A DNA stretch of 64,000 nucleotides from an uncultured SAR86 cluster bacterium (GTDB lineage Bacteria; Pseudomonadota; Gammaproteobacteria; Magnimaribacterales; AG-339-G14). The first letter of the stretch is position 1, and every line of letters begins with the position of its first letter. Below are positions 27,431-36,345 of this stretch, one piece after another. Location: positions 79,507 to 143,506 of the forward strand of contig CACOBG010000003.1 in assembly GCA_902625415.1 (NCBI GenBank). The letters run 5' to 3'. The notes below the pieces were generated by a model. The model saw nothing but the letters and a program-made list of their open reading frames with translations, was not told the origin of the DNA and did no database searches. A program made the translations under genes and the position numbers.

Positions 27431-30400
27431 TTAATCAGGTATGCCATCTGAATTGGAATCTACAGATGCAGTTGGATCTAATTTAAATGCATCGGAGTTG
27501 TCTAAAACTCCATCATTATCATCGTCATCGTCCAATTTATTATCTATTCCATCGCCATCGGAGTCTGTACTTTCCAATTTCCATATCCTTCCTAAGTGAT
27601 CGCGATACTGAATGATTCCCATCTCTGAATTTAACCAGAATACGGTATGCATTAAATATGGAGTGTCACTATATGGACTATTATTATTATCCCAGAGAGT
27701 AAAAACATATTTTATGGTGCTGAAACTTCCATAGGGAACGCTTATATTTTCACTTTTTATGAAGTGATTGAAATGAAAAACATCGTTATAAACGGGAGGG
27801 TCTCCATAGTGCGCATTACTGCAATCTCTTGCTAAATAATTTCCTATGCTTTGAAACGAATCGAAGAAAACACACAAATTGTTGTTGTTATAAAGAGTGT
27901 ATTCATCTTGATTGGAAAACTTATAACCTGCCTCGTAATCAGTTCGGTTTATAAAGTATTTATTATCCTTTTCATAAAAATGATAAGCCATCTTAGGATT
28001 TCCGTTAGAAGAATTTTCCCATTTAAAGCTTTTATAAATCTGACCGTTTATGTCGACATCGGAAAACTCAGTAACTTGGAAAATTCGTGTAGAACCAGCA
28101 TTTGAAAAAGTAGAATTGCCTCCTGAAATCTTTGGAAAGAAGTTTTTTATGTTGATTTTATTAGAAGTATTTGAATTGTCTAAGGAGCTAGCTGGCAGAA
28201 TACTAGAAAATCTTGTTCCTAAATTATTGTACCATTTGGTATTGTCGCTAACATTTACCACACCACAAGCTAGGCCGTTTTTACATGACACGTTTGGATT
28301 TGAAAAATAATCGGGTGAGATATTGTTGTAACTCATGACAGTTCCCCAGTCGAAACTATCTGTGAAGTCACCGTCGGTATTTCCATCAACACGATGACCA
28401 TAGGCATAAGACTGTCCAGTTTCTCCTGGCCAATGTCCTGATCCTAAATTGTGTCCTAATTCATGGGCAAAGACTTTATCAGGAAAACATGGATTACATC
28501 CTGGTTCTGACCAATTGGGATCAACGGACCATGCTGATAAGTATCCATGGGCTGCATCCCAATCGGTTAAATTATCTATTGTTAAATCAATTGAAGCTGT
28601 TCCTCCAGTCTGTCCTTTTGCTGAATCCCATCTTGAAACAAGAATAAAATAATCAGCTCCATACATGATTTGATCTTTTTTAATTTTTTCTCTACCAAGA
28701 AGAGAAGAAAAAATTGTATTCCCTGATTGGTTACTTACATCAACATCGTAAGGCAATAGTTTTAGTAAATTAAATTGAACCTCTGACTGACTCCTTTTTA
28801 GAGCATTGTTTGCAGATTCAATAAGATATAAAACTCTGGTCTCAACTCCATTTTCCGAGGTGTGTTCAGATAACATATCAGGAGCGTAATAAACCAGAAG
28901 ATCAACTTCATATAAAACATTGGAAATATTTATGACTAAATCTTTGCTGTCGGATAAAGCTCCATCATTCACTGAGACTGTCACTTCAAAAGAAGACTTG
29001 GTTTCATAATCTGGAGGATTTATAAAAGATAACTTACCTGAATTAGAAATACTAAAATAGGCAGAATCAGTTCCTGACAAACTGTAGCTAAGAGGATCAC
29101 CATCAGCATCACTGGCTACTATATCTACAACATTAATTTGATTTTCTGGAATTGTTATCTCAGTTGATGATATTGAAATGATTGGAGCATCAGGTAATGG
29201 TTGGACCGAGATATTTACAGATGCAGTGGAGCTTAAAGAGCCTTGTTCAAGAGTATATGAAAAGGAATCGTTACCATTGAAATTTGCATTTGGCTGATAA
29301 ACCAAAATATTCAAATTATCCTTGCTTATAGTTCCATTGGCAGGCTGTGTAAATGAAATGTTATAACTTGATTGACTATCATAATCATCGTTTTCCAAAA
29401 CGTTTATATTGAAAGTCTGATCTTCAAAAGAAGAAACCAAGTCAGAATTAGCTGTTATGGAAAAAGCTAAGTTTGATTCTGTTTGTCCAGATATCTCTGA
29501 AATGTAAGTAATTAAATCAAGACTGTATCTGGAATAAATATTTTCTTGATCATTATTGGATGCAACTAAAACAAGATCATTAAAAAAAGTATTGGTAGCA
29601 AAATAAAATAAACCATGTGTAGCTGCTAAGTTAGGCTTAACTTGTATCAAAGGTATGAAAGCTTTATACATATTTTTTACTTTCGTCTTAATTTCATTTT
29701 CCAAAGAAAGAGAAAATTTTAAATTTACATCGTCGACCAATGCATCTATGAAGGCCGAAGATTCTATATTTACCTCATTTTGAGAGCTTTGATAAATTTC
29801 TACCATTCGATCTAGGATTACTTGGAAAATTTCACTGCTATTGATGTCAGAAGTACTTAAATTATTGACTAATTTTGTAAAAGATAATGAAAGAGAGGTC
29901 AGTTGATTGGCTCTTTCATAGACCTCAGCATACATAAATCCATTATTCAAACTAGCTACATGATCAACAGTATTGACGTTTAAGTTTTGATCCAAGCCCA
30001 GAAGGTCATTTATGGTTGGTGTTATTGGGTTGGATAGTTTATTTAGAGATTCTGAAAGAAAAAAATCTGCTGTCGTTAATGGCGAAATAATAAAATTCTG
30101 AGCAGTATTAGAAGATGCAAGTTCATCTATCTTGTAATTAATTAAAATCAAACCTTCTAAACTATTGTTTGTATCTAAATCAATGCCGCCAGAGGACTGA
30201 ACTCTGTAGTCTGTTAGGCTTGTTGTTAAGCTAAATCTTCCTTGTAAGTTAGAAGACGTCTTTGTTTCTCCAATATTTGAAAAATCGTTTGTAGTTTCGA
30301 TCCAAATATCAGCATTTCTGATGTATCCATCTACTACCAGACCATTAATTGATTTTGGTTGACTCACGAAAGAACCTTCACTTGGAGGAGTGGCAGAGCT

Positions 30401-30469
30401 ATTACCTCCCCCACAAGAGGATAGGACTAAAGTAAAAAGAAGTATTTTTAAAAAACTTGAATCTAGCAT
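27431..30469 (-). CDS. Large lipoprotein: Ig-like and cadherin domains, reprolysin-like (M12) zinc metalloprotease, TSP3-like Ca-binding repeats
   Basis: LVLSSC lipobox; YQPNANFNGNDSFSY (Ig/Big_9-like); DADGDPL...PDYE (cadherin); HELGHNLGSGH at 28433-28465 plus Met-turn GTVMSY; DSDGDGIDN...DDDNDGV. Confidence 0.85.
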   Translation of the reverse strand: MLDSSFLKILLFTLVLSSCGGGNSSATPPSEGSFVSQPKSINGLVVDGYIRNADIWIETTNDFSNIGETKTSSNLQGRFSLTTSLTDYRVQSSGGIDLDTNNSLEGLILINYKIDELASSNTAQNFIISPLTTADFFLSESLNKLSNPITPTINDLLGLDQNLNVNTVDHVASLNNGFMYAEVYERANQLTSLSLSFTKLVNNLSTSDINSSEIFQVILDRMVEIYQSSQNEVNIESSAFIDALVDDVNLKFSLSLENEIKTKVKNMYKAFIPLIQVKPNLAATHGLFYFATNTFFNDLVLVASNNDQENIYSRYSLDLITYISEISGQTESNLAFSITANSDLVSSFEDQTFNINVLENDDYDSQSSYNISFTQPANGTISKDNLNILVYQPNANFNGNDSFSYTLEQGSLSSTASVNISVQPLPDAPIISISSTEITIPENQINVVDIVASDADGDPLSYSLSGTDSAYFSISNSGKLSFINPPDYETKSSFEVTVSVNDGALSDSKDLVINISNVLYEVDLLVYYAPDMLSEHTSENGVETRVLYLIESANNALKRSQSEVQFNLLKLLPYDVDVSNQSGNTIFSSLLGREKIKKDQIMYGADYFILVSRWDSAKGQTGGTASIDLTIDNLTDWDAAHGYLSAWSVDPNWSEPGCNPCFPDKVFAHELGHNLGSGHWPGETGQSYAYGHRVDGNTDGDFTDSFDWGTVMSYNNISPDYFSNPNVSCKNGLACGVVNVSDNTKWYNNLGTRFSSILPASSLDNSNTSNKINIKNFFPKISGGNSTFSNAGSTRIFQVTEFSDVDINGQIYKSFKWENSSNGNPKMAYHFYEKDNKYFINRTDYEAGYKFSNQDEYTLYNNNNLCVFFDSFQSIGNYLARDCSNAHYGDPPVYNDVFHFNHFIKSENISVPYGSFSTIKYVFTLWDNNNSPYSDTPYLMHTVFWLNSEMGIIQYRDHLGRIWKLESTDSDGDGIDNKLDDDDDNDGVLDNSDAFKLDPTASVDSNSDGIPD

Positions 30470-30484
30470 GGCGCTAGCTTTTTG

Positions 30485-31948
30485 TTAGGACTTCTTATTT
30501 GAAAACTGCAGATTGCCGTCTTCCATTTTTCCAAATTTAACGTCAAACCAATCTTTTAAATAGTCTTGATAGTTTACCCAGGGTTTTTTATTTCCTTGCT
30601 TGGCAAACTTGTGGATAGACCTTTGAATATATCCGGAGGACCAGTCTTCTAACCAGTCTTTAGACTCTACAACATCGGATGGGATTTCGGGACAACATTT
30701 TTTAAAATTATTCTTGTCCATATGTTTGATCAATCGACAAACATATTCACTGGTAATATCTGCTTTTAAGGTCCATGAAGCATTGATATAGCCAAAAGAA
30801 TTTACAAAATTGGGTATGCCGCTATACATCATGCTTTTGTAGGTCATAGTATCCGAAACCTTAACCATTGAATCATCAACTTTAACTTCTATTCCACCAA
30901 AGTTTTCAAGAACGATTCCAGTTGCAGTAATAATTACATCAGTTTTTAAAACCTCGCCAGACTTAAGCTCAATTCCTTCCTTAGTAAACTTTTCGATATG
31001 ATCGGTAACAATGGAGACATCATCTTGTCTAATAGCTTCAAATAGATCACTATTTGGAACCAAACACATGCGTTGTTCCCAAGGATTATAGGACGGAGTA
31101 AAGTGCTTTTGTATATTGTAGTTGGGGAGCTCTTCTTTGACCCTATCTAGTAAGAATTCCTTAACCTTTTCAGGGCGATTTCTGGCTCTTTTGTAAAGCC
31201 ATTGTTGGAAAAGGACATTCCTAAGTCTTATGATACTGTAGACAAAACGTCTCGGTAAAAACTTGTTCAGAAAAAGAGCTATCGCGTCCTCATCTGGAGC
31301 AGAAGCATAATATGTGGGTGACCTTTGAAGCATTGTCACATGCTTTGCTTTTTTTGACATTGCTGGAACAATCGTCGCTGCGGTTGCGCCACTTCCAATC
31401 ACGACAATATTTTTTCCCTCGTAATCAAAATCTTCTGGCCACTCCTGAGGGTGAATGATGTCGCCTTGAAATTCATCTCTTCCCTTAAATTCTGGCAAGT
31501 GTCCGCCCTTGTAGCTGTAGTAACCTGCACACATATAAAGAAAAGAAGATTTAAAAAGCTTAGATTCTCCAGTATTTTTGTCCTCAACTTTTAAGGTCCA
31601 AAGATTTTCTGAAGAGGACCATTCGGCTTGATGCACGTAATGTCTATATCTTATTTTATCTGTGAGTTCATACTCTTGAATTGTTTCTTCTAGATATTCC
31701 ATTATGGAAGAGCCATCTGCTATGGATTTTTTGTGAAGCCAGGGCTTAAAACTAAAGCCCAGAGTATGCATGTCTGAATCTGATCTTATTCCTGGATATT
31801 TAAATAAATCCCAAGTTCCACCAAAATTATCTCTACCCTCTAAAATCAGGTATTTTTTGTTGGGACACTTCATACTAAGATGAGCGCCAGCACCAATACC
31901 AGAGATACCGGAACCAACAATCAGAACATCTAAAATTTCTTCATTCAT
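30485..31948 (-). CDS. Flavin-binding monooxygenase (EthA/AlmA-like)
   Basis: GSGISG, GGTWDLFKYPGIRSDSD, FQGDIIHPQEWP, GSGATA, LQRSPTY, GYINASWTL. Confidence 0.92.
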   Translation of the reverse strand: MNEEILDVLIVGSGISGIGAGAHLSMKCPNKKYLILEGRDNFGGTWDLFKYPGIRSDSDMHTLGFSFKPWLHKKSIADGSSIMEYLEETIQEYELTDKIRYRHYVHQAEWSSSENLWTLKVEDKNTGESKLFKSSFLYMCAGYYSYKGGHLPEFKGRDEFQGDIIHPQEWPEDFDYEGKNIVVIGSGATAATIVPAMSKKAKHVTMLQRSPTYYASAPDEDAIALFLNKFLPRRFVYSIIRLRNVLFQQWLYKRARNRPEKVKEFLLDRVKEELPNYNIQKHFTPSYNPWEQRMCLVPNSDLFEAIRQDDVSIVTDHIEKFTKEGIELKSGEVLKTDVIITATGIVLENFGGIEVKVDDSMVKVSDTMTYKSMMYSGIPNFVNSFGYINASWTLKADITSEYVCRLIKHMDKNNFKKCCPEIPSDVVESKDWLEDWSSGYIQRSIHKFAKQGNKKPWVNYQDYLKDWFDVKFGKMEDGNLQFSNKKS

Positions 31949-31983
31949 ATTTTTATTATAAATCCTTAATTTTTCTTTTGAAA

Positions 31984-32340
31984 TTATTCTTCAATTTCAA
32001 ATCCCGCAGAAATCCAGTCCGTAATTCCTCCTTTTAAGGAATAAACGTTTTTAAATCCCATTTCATTAAGAGATTTGGAACCCAACACCGACCTGAAACC
32101 ACTGGCACAATACAAAATAATTTCATCATCACTATTGGCAACTTCGAAGATGCCTTTTTCAAGAACGCCTCTGCCAATATGAAATGCTGAAGGAATTCTA
32201 CCAGAAACCCACTCTCGGTCTTCTCTGATATCAATTAGTCTTATTTGTTTATTACTTTCAATTTTTTCCTTAAGTTGATAAATATCAACTTCCGGAACAT
32301 TTTTTAAAGCTTCTTGAACTAGGTCTTGAAAATTTTTCAT
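31984..32340 (-). CDS. Single-domain rhodanese/sulfurtransferase
   Basis: LIDIRE..EW..GRIP, YCASGFRS, LKGGITDW; ATG 32340 overlaps the upstream stop (ATGA). Confidence 0.9.
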   Translation of the reverse strand: MKNFQDLVQEALKNVPEVDIYQLKEKIESNKQIRLIDIREDREWVSGRIPSAFHIGRGVLEKGIFEVANSDDEIILYCASGFRSVLGSKSLNEMGFKNVYSLKGGITDWISAGFEIEE

Positions 32341-32555
32341 TTTAACCAACAAACCTTTGCAGCCTCTAATCCTTCAACCTGAGTAACACAACCATCTTCA
32401 TGGGCAATAATTATTGCACTTAAAATGATTCCTGCTGAAAGAAGAGAAGAGATCGCAATTAATCTTCCAAATTTTTGCACTAAGTAAGTTGTTAAGTAAG
32501 AAAAAATTAAAATGACTCCAATTAAGAAAAGAGAAATAATCAGGATTCTAATCAT
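32337..32555 (-). CDS. Small two-TM membrane protein with C-terminal Cys pair
   Basis: Two hydrophobic helices; stop/start overlaps with both neighbours. Confidence 0.6.
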   Translation of the reverse strand: MIRILIISLFLIGVILIFSYLTTYLVQKFGRLIAISSLLSAGIILSAIIIAHEDGCVTQVEGLEAAKVCWLK

Positions 32556-32761
32556 TAATTAAAGTATTTTTTTTTAAGAACTCTTACAAGAAAATAAATT
32601 GGAGAAATTATTAAAAAACAAATCAATAATTCAGCCCAAATGTTTAGTTGTGTGACGCTTCTTATGTAGCTTGCCGCGTATACGCTACCCAATCCCATAA
32701 AGCCATATATTATCCATAGAGATATGTCTATTTTCGAAATAACATTTTTAAAAAATTTCAT
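32555..32761 (-). CDS. Small two-TM membrane protein
   Basis: Two hydrophobic helices; ATGA and TAATG overlaps with neighbours. Confidence 0.6.
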   Translation of the reverse strand: MKFFKNVISKIDISLWIIYGFMGLGSVYAASYIRSVTQLNIWAELLICFLIISPIYFLVRVLKKKYFN

Positions 32762-33780
32762 TTTTTATAGTTTTTAATCCATGTTTCAATCAGTCTTATT
32801 CCTTCACTGTGTGCAAGTGTTCTCCCAGATTCAGGCATCATGATACCTGGATCTTGAGATTTCATTCGATATAACAATATAGATTTTTCTGGCTTACCTA
32901 GAACAATTGAATACATCAAGTTTCCACTCGCTCGACCAGCGGCTACTGGCGGTTTATTTACTCCGAGTTTTCTAATATCTTTTTCATGGACAGTTAAATA
33001 TAAACCGGTTGTGTCAGCTGAGCCTCCCGGCATATGGCAATGTCCACAATTCACATCTAGATAAGCTCTAGCCCTGTCATTTAATGATTCTTCAGTATTT
33101 TTCCAGTCAGCAACTACTTTTTGGGGATTGTGGTTTTCAACTAGACCATTTTCTATCCAATAATCAATTTGATTAATGCTTTCATTATGCTGAATTACCT
33201 CAAAGTTTAGATTTCTAGATTTTGGTCCTATCGGCATAATTTTGTCACCAGCTAAATGACATTCCTTACATTGGTTCTGATTTGGAACTCGATAATCTAC
33301 TTTTTTTAAGTTGCCCTCGTGAAGAAATTCAATTCCTTCAATAGTTTTTCCAGAGACCTTAAGAATTGCATCCTCCTGATTATCATCCCAAACATAAGTA
33401 TGAGCAGACCAACCTGTTTCCTGTAAAAGAAGTAATCTGGTTTCCAACAAAACTTTATTTTTGTTTGATGCCATCTCATAGGAGAAGGTTTTAACTAATG
33501 CCGACCCAATTGGAAACTCATAAACCCGATCAATAGAATGAATTGCTTTTTTTTCTTCAGGAATATAAACAAATCTGTCTTTTAAAGAGTAATCAGAAAA
33601 TAAGGGAGTTTGAAGAAAATATTTATGAACATTGTCATTGGGAATTTGCTCTTTAGGCGATTTAAAAAAATCATAGTCTGAAAGCTTAGCTTCGGGCTTT
33701 TTTGAGAGAATAGCTTCATCGTTTACGGCAAAAATTAATTGCGATAAGAGTGCAACTATTAAAAGAAGTTTTTTTACCAT
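32758..33780 (-). CDS. Exported diheme c-type cytochrome (SO2930/HNE_0200-like family)
   Basis: Signal peptide; PLFSDY..K.R, FP.G..LVKTF, ETRLL; two CxxCH (CKECH, CGHCH); MP..GR. Confidence 0.85.
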   Translation of the reverse strand: MVKKLLLIVALLSQLIFAVNDEAILSKKPEAKLSDYDFFKSPKEQIPNDNVHKYFLQTPLFSDYSLKDRFVYIPEEKKAIHSIDRVYEFPIGSALVKTFSYEMASNKNKVLLETRLLLLQETGWSAHTYVWDDNQEDAILKVSGKTIEGIEFLHEGNLKKVDYRVPNQNQCKECHLAGDKIMPIGPKSRNLNFEVIQHNESINQIDYWIENGLVENHNPQKVVADWKNTEESLNDRARAYLDVNCGHCHMPGGSADTTGLYLTVHEKDIRKLGVNKPPVAAGRASGNLMYSIVLGKPEKSILLYRMKSQDPGIMMPESGRTLAHSEGIRLIETWIKNYKK

Positions 33781-35000
33781 TCAGTAATTGGATCAAGGTT
33801 TTTTACTTCTGAGAAATAATCTTTTCCATTAAATTCTGGACTGTGAAAAAAAGACATCACAAAATACCAAAATAAATCAAGATTTAAGAACTTAGCATCA
33901 TTATTTGTATCAAGAACAAGTCTTTCTCCTTTTTTTTGACCGAAGACGTTTTGCCAAAATGGTAAAATACCATCCCACATAATATCTGGTTGAAAGCCAT
34001 TGGAGATTTCTACCAACAAAGGAGAAAGCTCTCCTCGGTTAAAATCTGGATCGTAACCTGAATTTTTAAAATAATTATCATAAATTTGAATATTTCTCGG
34101 ATAAGGATCGTAAGAATCGTCTCCAGACTCCAAATCTCCAGCAACTAAGGCAACACCGATTGTGGAATTATTTTCAAAAGTATTCTTAAAAACTTCTACA
34201 TGACGATTGGCTCTAATGACTAATCCAGTTCCTTTTGGTACTTGTCCGACAATGTTTCCTTCTGGAGCAAAATTTTCTGTATTGTTGTTGGATGAAATAT
34301 TTTTAAAAACTCTGACAAATTTTCCTCCTTGTTTAGGTAAATCTGGTAAATCAAAAACTAAAATTCCTGCAGTATTATTTTCAGCAACATTGTCATAAAC
34401 ATCGGCATAGTAAGAATTTTCAATTTCAATTCCAGCAACATTGAAATAAGCTTCAGTATTTCTAACTATAATATTTTCAGATTGTCCAACATATACCCCA
34501 GCATCAGATGCTCCAATAGCAATGCAACCATCAATTAGCACGTTCTTAGATTCGACAGGATAGAGACCATAAGCACCGTTTTTAGTATCTGGTCCATTTG
34601 TCCATTCGGTTCTAAGGTTTAAAAATTTGATGTTTTTTGAACCTTTGGATTTTATAGCATCTCCCTTAGCATTTTCCACGGCAAAATCTTTTAGAGTTAT
34701 ATTATTGGAAGTTACAAGAAGTCCTTGTGCACCAGTTTTTTGCTCTGAAAAGTTTAAGACAGTTTTTTTGTGGCCTTCACCTTTTAAAGTAATGTTATCG
34801 ACATCGAGAGATAAACCGTGGTTCAAATTATAGATTCCTGCCGCTAAAGAAATAGTGTCTCCTTCTTGAGCTAAAATCATTGCTGATTGGATGTCATCTT
34901 GTGCTGTATCACTCGGAGATATTTTCCATTCCTCTAAAAAAATAAATGAGGAAATAAATAAACAAGAAAGAATTGAAAACTTTTTAATTAAAAAACCCAT
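33774..35000 (-). CDS. Exported parallel beta-helix repeat protein (partner of the diheme cytochrome)
   Basis: NGAYGLYPV, GASDAGVYVGQS, NVAGIEIENS, NTAGILVFDLP, NFAP.GNIV. Confidence 0.85.
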   Translation of the reverse strand: MGFLIKKFSILSCLFISSFIFLEEWKISPSDTAQDDIQSAMILAQEGDTISLAAGIYNLNHGLSLDVDNITLKGEGHKKTVLNFSEQKTGAQGLLVTSNNITLKDFAVENAKGDAIKSKGSKNIKFLNLRTEWTNGPDTKNGAYGLYPVESKNVLIDGCIAIGASDAGVYVGQSENIIVRNTEAYFNVAGIEIENSYYADVYDNVAENNTAGILVFDLPDLPKQGGKFVRVFKNISSNNNTENFAPEGNIVGQVPKGTGLVIRANRHVEVFKNTFENNSTIGVALVAGDLESGDDSYDPYPRNIQIYDNYFKNSGYDPDFNRGELSPLLVEISNGFQPDIMWDGILPFWQNVFGQKKGERLVLDTNNDAKFLNLDLFWYFVMSFFHSPEFNGKDYFSEVKNLDPITEW

Positions 35001-35045
35001 CTGTTTATTTTACTTTAAATTCTTCATGATAGACTTATTTTCACT

Positions 35046-35813
35046 ATGAGTAATAAAGACTTAAAAACCAAATTAGAAAATCATATTGGTTATGTTTCAA
35101 TCAATAGACCGCCCAACAACCATTTTGATGCCGAACTTATTGGTCAAATTGCAGATTTCCTTGAGGAAATGGATAACGAAAGTGAATGCAGGAGTATTAT
35201 TTTATCTTCAGAAGGAAAACATTTTTGTGCTGGAGCTGACTTTACGAGATCCTCCTATAAGGAAGAATCAGATCCTTATGAAAGATTGTATCAAGAGGCA
35301 GTCAGGCTTTTTAAAACTAAAAAACCTGTCATAGCAACCATTCAGGGAGCAGCGGTAGGAGGTGGATTAGGTGTAGCCCTTTCTGCTGACTTTAGAATAG
35401 CTTGTGAAGAATCTAGGTTCAGTGCAAATTTTTCTAAATTAGCTTTTCATCAAGGATTTGGTACCACGGTAACTCTTCCGCGAGTCGTTGGAAATCAAAA
35501 AGCAAAATGGATGCTGCTCACTAGCGCTAGAGTAAAAGGTAAGGAAGCTTTTGAAATAGGTCTTGCTGATTTTCTTGTACCTCAAAATGAATTAATGTCA
35601 AAAGCAGAAGAACTTGCAAAAGAAATTAATGCTGCAGGTCCTTTGGGAGTGCAAGCTATAAGAGAGACAATAAAAGGCGACTCAGTTAAAAAAATTGAAG
35701 AGATAGTCAAATGGGAACTTTCTGAACAAAATAGATTAAGAGAAACGACTGATTTCCAAGAGGGTATCAAAGCTTCCCTAGAAAGAAGAAATCCTGACTT
35801 TACAGGTAATTAA
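35046..35813 (+). CDS. Enoyl-CoA hydratase/isomerase family protein
   Basis: FCAGAD, GAAVGGG, DFQEG..A..ERR.P.F. Confidence 0.9.
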   Translation: MSNKDLKTKLENHIGYVSINRPPNNHFDAELIGQIADFLEEMDNESECRSIILSSEGKHFCAGADFTRSSYKEESDPYERLYQEAVRLFKTKKPVIATIQGAAVGGGLGVALSADFRIACEESRFSANFSKLAFHQGFGTTVTLPRVVGNQKAKWMLLTSARVKGKEAFEIGLADFLVPQNELMSKAEELAKEINAAGPLGVQAIRETIKGDSVKKIEEIVKWELSEQNRLRETTDFQEGIKASLERRNPDFTGN

Positions 35814-36280
35814 GTTTTAATCTTGAACCTTAAATCAAAATCCAATTCACCGAGAGTATCGTTTTCTTCTTTCATCTGAAGAACTTTATTAAAAGAGTCA
35901 TCTGGCATAGGGCACGACTTTCTTTTTTTCATGTCGATGTGAATAAGAAGAATTTCTTCTATGGCACTAAGTTCTTTATCATTATTAAGAAGAATCCCAA
36001 CATGATGGATCAATTTTCTATTCACATTAACAATTCTGTAATGAGTGGAAATCTTATCTCCCAATAGATTTTCTTTTACGTATCTAAGATTTTGTTCAAG
36101 AGTGAAAGTGCTAAAACCAGAGTTTATATAATCGAATCCCATTCCGAGTTGATTGAACATTTCATAGGAACCCTCTTCAAAAATTTTGGTATAAAAGGTC
36201 ACATTCATATGACCGTTTAGGTCACACATTTCTTCAGTGACCTCTTTTGCAATACCTGGATAAGGAAATTTATTTTTCAT
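35810..36280 (-). CDS. Hotdog-fold thioesterase family protein
   Basis: CDLNGHMNV.FY, FTLE...RY..E, LHIDM..R. Confidence 0.85.
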   Translation of the reverse strand: MKNKFPYPGIAKEVTEEMCDLNGHMNVTFYTKIFEEGSYEMFNQLGMGFDYINSGFSTFTLEQNLRYVKENLLGDKISTHYRIVNVNRKLIHHVGILLNNDKELSAIEEILLIHIDMKKRKSCPMPDDSFNKVLQMKEENDTLGELDFDLRFKIKT

Positions 36281-36345
36281 AGCTATTTAAATAATGAATA
36301 GTTATTAATTGAATAAAAAAGTTTTAAATAAAGTAAATTAAAAGA

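Noticed and set aside
27431-27570. Repetitive gat/gac-rich DNA as a possible tandem repeat or array
   Set aside because: It encodes Asp-rich TSP3-like motifs and has no repeat-spacer periodicity
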